Below are positions 28,510 through 36,625 of a DNA stretch of 64,000 nt, piece by piece (position 1 is the first letter of the stretch; every line of letters starts with the position of its first letter). This DNA comes from an uncultured Desulfobacterales bacterium. Its GTDB lineage: Bacteria; Desulfobacterota; Desulfobacteria; Desulfobacterales; Desulfosudaceae. Below the pieces are notes generated by a model. It was not told the DNA's origin. It saw only the letters and a program-made list of their open reading frames with translations, and searched no databases. Location of the stretch: positions 943-64,942 of the forward strand of contig CAZWCS010000005.1 in the NCBI GenBank assembly GCA_964632805.1. Direction: 5' to 3'. The translations under genes and the position numbers were made by a program.

Positions 28510-29024
28510 CAACCAAAAATTTGCAACAGTTTTATAAGACCGGGAAATTGCCGGATGCAGATCACGGGCGTCTGCTTGAGCAGATAATTGCCCACGAAGA
28601 TCCGGAATTTGTTTTCCGGGCCGGGCGCCTCTGGCCAACCTTTGATTATGAAAAAGGCCTGCAGGCGCTGATTCAGTTTAAAAGCGCAAAATTTATCTAT
28701 CACGCCGGACTGGAATGGACCGCCTTTAACTGGTCGCGGGCCATGGAGGCTCTCTGTGCCCTGGAAGACGCCGCCTATCTTTTTTATGCCGGCGCTCACT
28801 GGAACACCTTTGACTATGATCTCGGCATGACTGCTTTGCTGAAAACAAAAAACTGTGAGTACCTGTTTAGAGCCGGAGTATTGTGGCCGTCATTTGATTA
28901 TGACCGGGCCTGGCGTGTTCTTGAAGCCGATATTGAAAACGGTGAAGTCTGGCGCGGCCTGGCCTTTGAAAATCCCGGCTGGAAGGCGGCCTTATCTGCT
29001 ATGTGGAAAAAATTCTGGCAATAG
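28506..29024 (+). CDS. uncharacterised protein built of four tandem 28-residue repeats
   Basis: 172-aa ORF, translationally coupled to the VWA gene. Repeats: DPEFVFRAGRLWPTFDYEKGLQALIQFK / SAKFIYHAGLEWTAFNWSRAMEALCALE / DAAYLFYAGAHWNTFDYDLGMTALLKTK / NCEYLFRAGVLWPSFDYDRAWRVLEADI. Confidence 0.7.
   Translation: MTTKNLQQFYKTGKLPDADHGRLLEQIIAHEDPEFVFRAGRLWPTFDYEKGLQALIQFKSAKFIYHAGLEWTAFNWSRAMEALCALEDAAYLFYAGAHWNTFDYDLGMTALLKTKNCEYLFRAGVLWPSFDYDRAWRVLEADIENGEVWRGLAFENPGWKAALSAMWKKFWQ
28599..28934 (+). repeat. 4 x 84-nt (28-codon) tandem coding repeats, conserved at protein level
   Basis: Consensus xxx[FY][LIV][FY]xAGxxWxxF[DN][YW]xx[GA]hxALxxxx, read directly from the translation. Confidence 0.8.
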
Positions 29025-29313
29025 TAAAACGAAAAAAGACGGATTTCGCAAGCCGTACACCCACCGCCAATGAACCGTTATCTGAAAAAACGTCTTTTTT
29101 CGATTCCGGTACAAGGGCAGGCCCGGGTTTTCCAAAAAAGCATCAATGGTGTTCGAATCCCTTGCTTTATGATATAGATAATATTCAGTCCGATTTCCAA
29201 TTTGAGCGTTGGACGCTTTGCAGATTTCGTCTCTGAACGTGCGAAGGAGGTTCCCCGGCAACAAAGTGCCTGTTTGGGAGCGAGCCGGAGGCGGGATCCG
29301 GGAGATGACCGTT

Positions 29314-31776
29314 ATGCCGAAAATTCAGAAAACCGTTTATATCAGAAATCATTTTGAACAATGGTTTGTTCTGGTGATCCTGGTAGCGGTGGTGATTATC
29401 AATTACCTCATTCCGCAAAAAGTCGCCTTTCTTAACTTTTACTTTTTGCCGGTGATTCTGGCCGGCTTGTTCATGGGGGTAAAGGAGTCTGTTCTTGGCG
29501 CCCTGCTCTGCATTCTGCTGGTAGCCGGCTATGTCTACTGGCATCCCGGTTTGTTTCTCATGCCCCAATCCGGCCCGGAACTGATTTATTACCTGCTGGC
29601 CTGGAGCGGATTTCTGATTCTTTCCGGAGCTGTAGTGGGAAAACAGCATGACCGGATTTCTCTGCAAATGTCCGAAGCCCGGGCCCTGAATACGATGCTG
29701 CAGCGCCAGCAGGAAGCCCTCAACAGTGCTCATGCCGCTCTGAAAGATCACAGCGACAATCTGGAAGCCAAAGTAGCCGAACGTACTGCGGCGTTGCATA
29801 CGGCCAATAAGGAATTGCTGCTGGCCAAGGAAGAAGCGGACGAGGCGACCCGTGCAAAAAGCCTGTTTCTGGCCAATATGAGCCATGAAATCCGGACGCC
29901 CATGAATGCCATCATCGGCCTGAGCGACCTGATCATGAATACTGAGCTCGATGACCGGCAGCGAAATTATTTTTCGATTATCCGCTCCTCCTCCTGGTCT
30001 TTGCTGAATCTTATCAATGATATTCTGGACTTTTCCAAGATTGAGGCCGGCCGGATGGATTTTGATCTGGCTCCTGTCAATTTGCGTCAGCTGGTGGAAG
30101 AGGTGGCCGATCTGTTCCTGCTCCAAGCGCAGAAAAAAAATCTGGAATTGATTATTGATATCGCCCCGGAGGTACCGGCCTGCATCACAACGGACCCCTT
30201 CCGTCTGCGTCAGGTGTTAATGAACCTGATGTCCAACGCCGTTAAATTCACCGAGCAGGGAGAAGTCTGTGTGTCGATTGAAAAAGTATCAAAAACGACA
30301 CAGCGCGTCGAACTCCGTTTTCTCGTCCGGGACACCGGCATCGGTCTTGACGAAAAGAAGTCCGAGGTTCTCTTTGATGCCTTTTCGCAGTCGGACGCCT
30401 CCATTACGCGGCAATACGGCGGGACCGGTCTGGGATTGGCGATTTGCAAATCAATCGTTACCATGATGGGAGGAAAAATCAGTGTTAAGGGCGCGCCGGG
30501 CCACGGCAGTACTTTTTTCTTTACGGCGGCTTTTGACTTCTCGGAAGAAACCGCCACGGAAACGGCACTCCCGGAAACAATAACCGGCTTGTCGCTTTTG
30601 CTGGTGGATGATAATCCGGTAACCCGGCAGGTGCTGACCCGGAATTTGCAAAGTCTCGGTTTTTCACCGGAAACTGCTGATTCAGGCAAGAGCGCACTCC
30701 GGCACTATTATGCGCACACCTTTGACATCTTGTTTGTTGATGAGCATCTTCCGGATATGGAGGGCATTGCGCTGGCTGAAGCCATAAAGGCGGCTGATCC
30801 GGACAACAGCCCGCCGATTCTTTTTCTGTCAACCAGCGGCCTGCAGCAGGAAGAGCAGCGTTTGCATGGTTGCGGTATTCAGCGCTGTCTGGCCAAACCG
30901 GTCAAGTCTTCCGTTTTGCGCGGCGCCATCATGGAACTGTTCGGCCCTGGAGGAGAACGTCCGCTGTCTCCGGAACTGGAAAAAACGCAAACAGAAGAAC
31001 TGGCGGGAATTTCTCTTTTGCTGGTAGAAGACAATTCGGTGAATCAACTGGTCGTCAAAGAAATTCTCCGGGATGTCGGCGTTGCTCCGGATTGTGCCGC
31101 CAACGGACGGGAAGCTTTGGCCATGATAGGAGAAAAATCGTACGACGCGGTTTTAATGGATGTGCAGATGCCGGTTATGGACGGCCTGGAGGCCACAAAA
31201 GCCATTCGAAAGGGAGGCAATACCGGTCTGCCCATTATTGCCATGACGGCCCATGCCGGTTCCGAAGACCGGGAAAAATGCCTGTCCGCAGGTATGAACA
31301 GCTATATCAGTAAACCGATCAGCAGGGAACAGCTTTTATCCCATTTGAAAAAATATCTTACCTTCGCTGATGGCCCCTCAAAAACGCCGCCTGTAACGCA
31401 GGTAAAGAAAAACAAAGAATGGCCGGATTCTTTACCGGGCCTGAAGGTGGAGGCAGCTCTGAAGCGTCTGGGCATTACCTGGGAAAAATACAAAACCATT
31501 TTGTTGGCGTATGAGGAGACCTTCCAAAAATTTTCCGATTCGTTTTGGGACCACATCGGCGCCGGTGATTTTGATACGGCTAAACGTATGGCCCACACGG
31601 TAAAAGGAGCGGCCTTGAATCTGGCGGCTGAAGATCTCGCCGCCAGGGCCAAAGAGCTGGAAGACCGGTGCGCCGGCGGAGATGCCGATTCCATTCGGGC
31701 AGCTTTTTCCGCAGCAGGCCTCGCTCTGGCCACGGTCCGGGAATCCATTGCCACCATTCGCGGGCTGACAGAATAA
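29314..31776 (+). CDS. hybrid sensor histidine kinase (TM sensor, HisKA, HATPase_c, two REC domains, Hpt)
   Basis: H-box [12 protein letters not shown]-box [12 protein letters not shown]1 LLLVDDNPV...[14 protein letters not shown]2 [10 protein letters not shown]...[12 protein letters not shown], Hpt [15 protein letters not shown] 29314 lies 9 nt after GGGAG; ATG 29305 is an alternative. Confidence 0.9.
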   Translation: MPKIQKTVYIRNHFEQWFVLVILVAVVIINYLIPQKVAFLNFYFLPVILAGLFMGVKESVLGALLCILLVAGYVYWHPGLFLMPQSGPELIYYLLAWSGFLILSGAVVGKQHDRISLQMSEARALNTMLQRQQEALNSAHAALKDHSDNLEAKVAERTAALHTANKELLLAKEEADEATRAKSLFLANMSHEIRTPMNAIIGLSDLIMNTELDDRQRNYFSIIRSSSWSLLNLINDILDFSKIEAGRMDFDLAPVNLRQLVEEVADLFLLQAQKKNLELIIDIAPEVPACITTDPFRLRQVLMNLMSNAVKFTEQGEVCVSIEKVSKTTQRVELRFLVRDTGIGLDEKKSEVLFDAFSQSDASITRQYGGTGLGLAICKSIVTMMGGKISVKGAPGHGSTFFFTAAFDFSEETATETALPETITGLSLLLVDDNPVTRQVLTRNLQSLGFSPETADSGKSALRHYYAHTFDILFVDEHLPDMEGIALAEAIKAADPDNSPPILFLSTSGLQQEEQRLHGCGIQRCLAKPVKSSVLRGAIMELFGPGGERPLSPELEKTQTEELAGISLLLVEDNSVNQLVVKEILRDVGVAPDCAANGREALAMIGEKSYDAVLMDVQMPVMDGLEATKAIRKGGNTGLPIIAMTAHAGSEDREKCLSAGMNSYISKPISREQLLSHLKKYLTFADGPSKTPPVTQVKKNKEWPDSLPGLKVEAALKRLGITWEKYKTILLAYEETFQKFSDSFWDHIGAGDFDTAKRMAHTVKGAALNLAAEDLAARAKELEDRCAGGDADSIRAAFSAAGLALATVRESIATIRGLTE

Positions 31777-31904
31777 AACTTTCCGGATGGAAGATGGAAT
31801 CTAGAAACGGCACAAAAGTCTTGTATTATGGAACGATTTGGATACAATAAATTTTCACTTTCTTCTTTCTTCACCCGCAAAACAACCAGCCGGAAGGGGG
31901 AAAA

Positions 31905-32993
31905 ATGCCGAATGTTCTTGTGGTAGATGATGATCCGGTCTTTTTGTCACTGCTTACCGAGGGCCTGGAAAAATTTGCCAAGAGTTTTGCCGTAATGAAA
32001 GCCGCGGACGGGGCCGAGGCAATGGAGCTGCTGGGAAAAGAGAGCATTTCCCTGCTGATTACGGATATCATGATGCCCAACGTAGACGGACTGACCCTGC
32101 TGGCATATGTGAATGAGCATCATCCCTCCATACCCTGCTTTGTCATGACTGCCTCTGAAAATCCGGCGGCCATAAAAAAAAATCTGGGCAAAGACATTCT
32201 GCGGTTTTTTTGTAAGCCGATCTCTGCGGAAAAGCTGGGACCGGAAATTATCAAAACTCTTCAGGAAGGAACCCCCCGGGGGGCGGTGCACGGAATTTCC
32301 GTGATCAGTTTTTTACAAATGATCGAGTTGGAACAAAAGACCTGTCTTTTTGAGGTTCATCTGCCGGGCCGGGAAAAAGGGCTTTTCTTTTTTGAAGACG
32401 GTATTCTGTTCGATGTGGTCTGCGGGGAGCTCAGGGGAGAAGAAGCGGCCCTGACGATGCTGACGCATGAGCGGGCGACTTTCAAATTCAAGCGCCTGCC
32501 GCGGAAAAAAATTGCCAAACGCCTGGACACCTCGATTAAGGAGTTGGTGGAAAAAAAGTCTGAGCCGGCGGAAGAAGATCTGCCCGACCTGGTGCCGTTT
32601 GAAGAGATAGCCCAAAAGCCCGGAGAAACCACCGCACCCGAAAAGCCGAAACCGGCGAAAAACAGTATTTTTGATAAGGAACTGGGCCTAACGGGCCGCT
32701 ATATATCGACAAGACATGGCAAAGGCCCCATAACCATTCTGCGGTTATCCCGAAGCGGGCTTTTGTTTCGACAAAGAACGCTTCAACTTTTTGACGAGGG
32801 GGATAAACTGGAGGTTGAATTCGAGCTAGACGACAACCAGAACACGTTAATCCGAAAAACAGTCAGGGTAACAGCCTCCACCCGGTTTCAAGTCAGCGCC
32901 GAGTTCACCTCAACCACCCATTATGACGCGCTGGGACCGTATCTTCTGTATAAAAATCTGGACCGGATGGTTGCCTTTGATCCTTCCGATTAG
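31905..32993 (+). CDS. response regulator: REC, DUF4388-like and PilZ-like domains
   Basis: REC: VLVVDDDPVF...LLITDIMMPNVDG. Middle: GISVISFLQMIELEQKTCLFEV (DUF4388-like). C-terminus: RYISTR ... LSRSGLLF resembles degenerate PilZ RxxxR/DxSxxG motifs. GGGGGA RBS. Confidence 0.75.
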   Translation: MPNVLVVDDDPVFLSLLTEGLEKFAKSFAVMKAADGAEAMELLGKESISLLITDIMMPNVDGLTLLAYVNEHHPSIPCFVMTASENPAAIKKNLGKDILRFFCKPISAEKLGPEIIKTLQEGTPRGAVHGISVISFLQMIELEQKTCLFEVHLPGREKGLFFFEDGILFDVVCGELRGEEAALTMLTHERATFKFKRLPRKKIAKRLDTSIKELVEKKSEPAEEDLPDLVPFEEIAQKPGETTAPEKPKPAKNSIFDKELGLTGRYISTRHGKGPITILRLSRSGLLFRQRTLQLFDEGDKLEVEFELDDNQNTLIRKTVRVTASTRFQVSAEFTSTTHYDALGPYLLYKNLDRMVAFDPSD

Positions 32994-33018
32994 GACAAAC
33001 CCTTTCCGCTACCGAGGC

Positions 33019-36000
33019 TCACGCTCCGGTCCCGACCGGGAAATTGTCCGCCGCCGCAATAATGGTTTCGGCGATCTTTTCCGCAGATTTGCCAAACAGA
33101 TCATGAATATCGATAAAATCCAAAAATTTGTCCTGCCATACCAGGCTGTTTTCCTGGACATAGTTTTTAATTCGTTCAAATTTCCCGCCCAAAGCCTTTT
33201 TCCGGGCGAACAGAGAGGCATCCTTTTTCAAAGCGATATTTAACAACAGGATGTTGCGAATCATGCCGCCTGTGGCCGGAGAGGAGGAAAGCACCGGAAT
33301 GATTACAATGTGCCGGTCATCCTTGCGGCCTTTACCAATATAGACATTACCTTCCCGTACAATGATTTTTTTGGTCCCTTTCAGCCGGTTGTCCGTTTCC
33401 ACCCGCGAAGGAATGTTCTGCAGACTGCCTTCCTTGCGTAACAGGGATATGGTGGAAGTATCGGTAGGCACCCCCAGAAGATTCAGGTCGTCAACTTCAT
33501 AGAGAATCGAACCTTTTATTGTCGCCACCACTTCCTGTACGTTTTTCAGCACCACAATATTGCTGTTGGTCAACTGCGTCAGACTCAAGCCGTTATGCTC
33601 CAATGCCTCAAAGAGAAGGCCCGTTACGGCTTCCGTGATACGGCTGGTGCCTACAGTCACGGTCTTGGCCTGATGTTTGATGGCATCTACCGGCCGGGCC
33701 ATCTGGTTGATGGATCGCCCCAGATAGTCGAAGAGGGTGTCGATCATATTTGGGGCGGTGCCCTTTCTGCCGAAGTCCAGTTCAAAATCCGCCAGCGGCA
33801 GGCGACCGGAGAGATACTTGAGCAAAAGCGCCAGGTCCGAAGCAAAGGCAATGGTTACGGGAAGGTCCGGATCATTGCGCGCCTGTCGGAAACGGTTGTA
33901 AAACTGGAGCACTTTCTCCCGAAATTCGTTTTCCAGGACAATTTCGAACAGATCAAGCCCCTGTTGCCGGTATTGTTCAATCTCCCGCTGCATCTGGTCC
34001 CGGAATTCGCTCAGCATCCGGGAGCCCTCGTTGATGGCCAGGGCGGCGTAGTATCCCCAAAGATGCCCGGCAAAGGTGTTGACCACCGGCCCGAAGTGTT
34101 CCGCAGTGGGCGGCACGGGAATCAGACCTTCCGCATAGGGGCGAAACCGTTCTTCCCCTTCGTCGGTAATCACCACCGGCGCCGCTTTGTGAGCCCGGAA
34201 GATGGCGGTATCTTTAACGATATCGTCCACCACCCCGGGCCGGGCGCCGGCGGCGCAGACCAGAATCAGGGGTTCCGCAGACAGATCGATGTGTTTTTTG
34301 TTTTCCACAAAATCCGAGGAAATCGTTTTGTAACACAGTTCGCTCAGTTTAATGCGGATTTCGTCGGATGAGGCCTTGTTGGGTCCGCTGCCCACAGTGG
34401 CCCAATAGGTTTTGGTTCCGGCCAGCCGACGAGCACACTTCCTGATGGCCTGGCGATTTTGGAAAATGCGGGTCAGAGTGTTTGGCAGACGCAGCAGCTG
34501 TTTGATTTCCTGGGTAATAAAGTCAGCGCTCCGGGCCCCTTTCAAACCGGAAATATACAGTCCCAGCAGGGCGCCGGCCACTACCTGGGCGTAAAAAGCC
34601 TTGGTGGAGGCCACCGACATTTCAATATCCCGGCCGGTACTGGTATAAAACACCCCGTCCACTTTAAAAGTAATGTCGGAATCCCGCCGGTTGACGATGG
34701 CCAGAGTGCGGGCGCCGCGTTTGCGAACCATATCCAGGGCCCGGTTGGTATCAGTGGTGGTGCCGGACTGGCTTATGGCTACGACCAGGGTGTCGGTCAT
34801 GCTTTGGCCGTCGCTGCCTTCCTGCAGATTAAAACCGCTCAATTCCGAAGATTTCAGGGAACAGACGGACATGGCCGGGTCACCCAGATAGTACTGGGTG
34901 ATTTCCGCCGCGGCCAGTGCGGCTACCCCGGCGGTGCCCTGGCCGATGAAAAAAATACGGCGTACCGCTTCCGTGCTCAAATCCGCCGCCAGTTCCGCGG
35001 GAATCACCGTTTCGTCCAACAGCACCTCGCAGGTGTTGGGATCATGACTGTTGATTTTCCAACTGTTGTGGAGAGTATTTTCGATGGAACGCGGGGCTTC
35101 GGAAATTTCCTTCAGAAAATAGTGGGGAAAACCCTGACGGTCCACATCCCGGGAGGTAATTTCCGTGGAACTGATGTCCGCGGCGGTAAACACGGCGGCC
35201 GCACCGTCATAGTGACTGACCGTAATTCCGGAAATACCACCGGTTTCCAGGTTTAAGCAGACGATCTGACCATCCCGCTCGCCGGCATTCATTTTTATGA
35301 ACCGATCAGTTTCTTCAACAATACCATATAGTTCTGAGGCAACGATATAATAGTCTTCGGCCAGTCCGATAAAGAGCGCCTGCCCGCTGCCTCTCTGGGC
35401 GAAAAACAGTTTGCCCGGAGCCAGATCGGTTTGCAGGGATATGGCGTGGGCGCCGGTAAAATCGTTCAAGGCCAGGCGAAAGGACTCGGCCAAAGCGTTG
35501 CCCTGCTTCAAATATTTTTCAATACGAAGCGGAATAATTTTGGTGTCGGTAGTGATGGCATCGGGAATCACTTCCCCCGCCGCTTCGTGCTCGGCTTTCA
35601 ATTCCTGAAAATTGTCAATGTCCCCATTTAAGGCCACCTGCAGGATATGTCCGGGAGCGCCGCTGCTTTCTTTTAAGCGACTGTCTACCGGATGGCAGTT
35701 GGCCTCCGTAATGGTACCCACTGACGCCCAACGGGTATGGGCGGAGATGGTAAAGGTATCGCAGGAAAAGCCCAGCAGCGCTTGAAAAATCATATCCTGG
35801 CGGATCTGTTTGCGCAGAAAGGCGATATTGTCTCCCAAGCTGCCGATTTCCGCTGCGAATTTATAAACAAAGGCCAGGGATAGACGGTTTTCTCCTTCCC
35901 GCTGGTAAAAGGAGAGCGAGTTGTTAACCAGCACTTCGGGGTTGCTCCGGGCGGAAAACTCTTCCCAGAGTCCGTCCCGGGACAGAATCGCCTGAAAGCG

Positions 36001-36591
36001 ATCGAAGTCTCCGGTGTCCATGGTCAGCATGATGGAAATGCCGGCGGAATCCCGTCCGCGTACCTCCAGCCGGTCCAGGCTGTTCAAAGCCGTATTGATT
36101 TTTTTCAGCAAAGCGGCGGCAGTCAGGGTTTGTACTGTCTCTCCGGCCAGGGCTGCAGTTTTGGAAACATTGGCCGCCACCTCATTGCCCAGACACCAGC
36201 AGATATCCCGGACTTTTTCCAGCCGGCTGGCGACAATATCCGCCGAATTCCGGTCTAGCTGACCTATGGCCTGCTCCAGGGCGTCGTGTTCATTGTTGAC
36301 AACCTGTTGCAACCGCACCGCCAAATCGGAAACCGTGCAGCAGTCGCCCTCGGTGGTAAACAGATGAAAAAAAGCGGCATCCGTTTTAAGGGCCTGGGCG
36401 GTTTCCGCCAGCCGGGAGAGAATCTGGTCTCCTCCCAGGTAGTGATCCACCGTCAGAATATTCTTCGTGATACAAGCCTGACAGGTATGACCTTCCAGCT
36501 CTGTAATCAGTCGTTCTATCTTGGCGATATCCGCTGGCGCGTTATTCGGTTGCGGACCGACAACCGGGACAATCCCCACTATTCCGCACAT
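33019..36591 (-). CDS. giant (1190 aa) GlmS-like protein: class-II (Ntn) glutamine amidotransferase plus two SIS domains, with large insertions
   Basis: Starts MCGIVGIV (Cys2 nucleophile). RGRDSAGIS appears only at about residue 178. SIS motifs FFIGQGTAGVAA and VAISQSGTTTDT, with a second SIS around WATVGSGPNKASSDE. About 330 extra C-terminal residues. Confidence 0.7.
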   Translation of the reverse strand: MCGIVGIVPVVGPQPNNAPADIAKIERLITELEGHTCQACITKNILTVDHYLGGDQILSRLAETAQALKTDAAFFHLFTTEGDCCTVSDLAVRLQQVVNNEHDALEQAIGQLDRNSADIVASRLEKVRDICWCLGNEVAANVSKTAALAGETVQTLTAAALLKKINTALNSLDRLEVRGRDSAGISIMLTMDTGDFDRFQAILSRDGLWEEFSARSNPEVLVNNSLSFYQREGENRLSLAFVYKFAAEIGSLGDNIAFLRKQIRQDMIFQALLGFSCDTFTISAHTRWASVGTITEANCHPVDSRLKESSGAPGHILQVALNGDIDNFQELKAEHEAAGEVIPDAITTDTKIIPLRIEKYLKQGNALAESFRLALNDFTGAHAISLQTDLAPGKLFFAQRGSGQALFIGLAEDYYIVASELYGIVEETDRFIKMNAGERDGQIVCLNLETGGISGITVSHYDGAAAVFTAADISSTEITSRDVDRQGFPHYFLKEISEAPRSIENTLHNSWKINSHDPNTCEVLLDETVIPAELAADLSTEAVRRIFFIGQGTAGVAALAAAEITQYYLGDPAMSVCSLKSSELSGFNLQEGSDGQSMTDTLVVAISQSGTTTDTNRALDMVRKRGARTLAIVNRRDSDITFKVDGVFYTSTGRDIEMSVASTKAFYAQVVAGALLGLYISGLKGARSADFITQEIKQLLRLPNTLTRIFQNRQAIRKCARRLAGTKTYWATVGSGPNKASSDEIRIKLSELCYKTISSDFVENKKHIDLSAEPLILVCAAGARPGVVDDIVKDTAIFRAHKAAPVVITDEGEERFRPYAEGLIPVPPTAEHFGPVVNTFAGHLWGYYAALAINEGSRMLSEFRDQMQREIEQYRQQGLDLFEIVLENEFREKVLQFYNRFRQARNDPDLPVTIAFASDLALLLKYLSGRLPLADFELDFGRKGTAPNMIDTLFDYLGRSINQMARPVDAIKHQAKTVTVGTSRITEAVTGLLFEALEHNGLSLTQLTNSNIVVLKNVQEVVATIKGSILYEVDDLNLLGVPTDTSTISLLRKEGSLQNIPSRVETDNRLKGTKKIIVREGNVYIGKGRKDDRHIVIIPVLSSSPATGGMIRNILLLNIALKKDASLFARKKALGGKFERIKNYVQENSLVWQDKFLDFIDIHDLFGKSAEKIAETIIAAADNFPVGTGA

Positions 36592-36625
36592 GACAAGTCA
36601 TCCCCAAAGATTTTGTTTTTCCCCT

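Noticed and set aside
29148-29160. GGTGTTCGAATCC, resembling a tRNA T-arm/T-loop (GGTTCGAATCC)
   Set aside because: The flanking bases do not form a T-stem (only 2-3 of 5 pairs). No complementary acceptor stem or anticodon arm could be folded from the preceding 70 nt. It is not a tRNA; at most it is a degenerate fragment.
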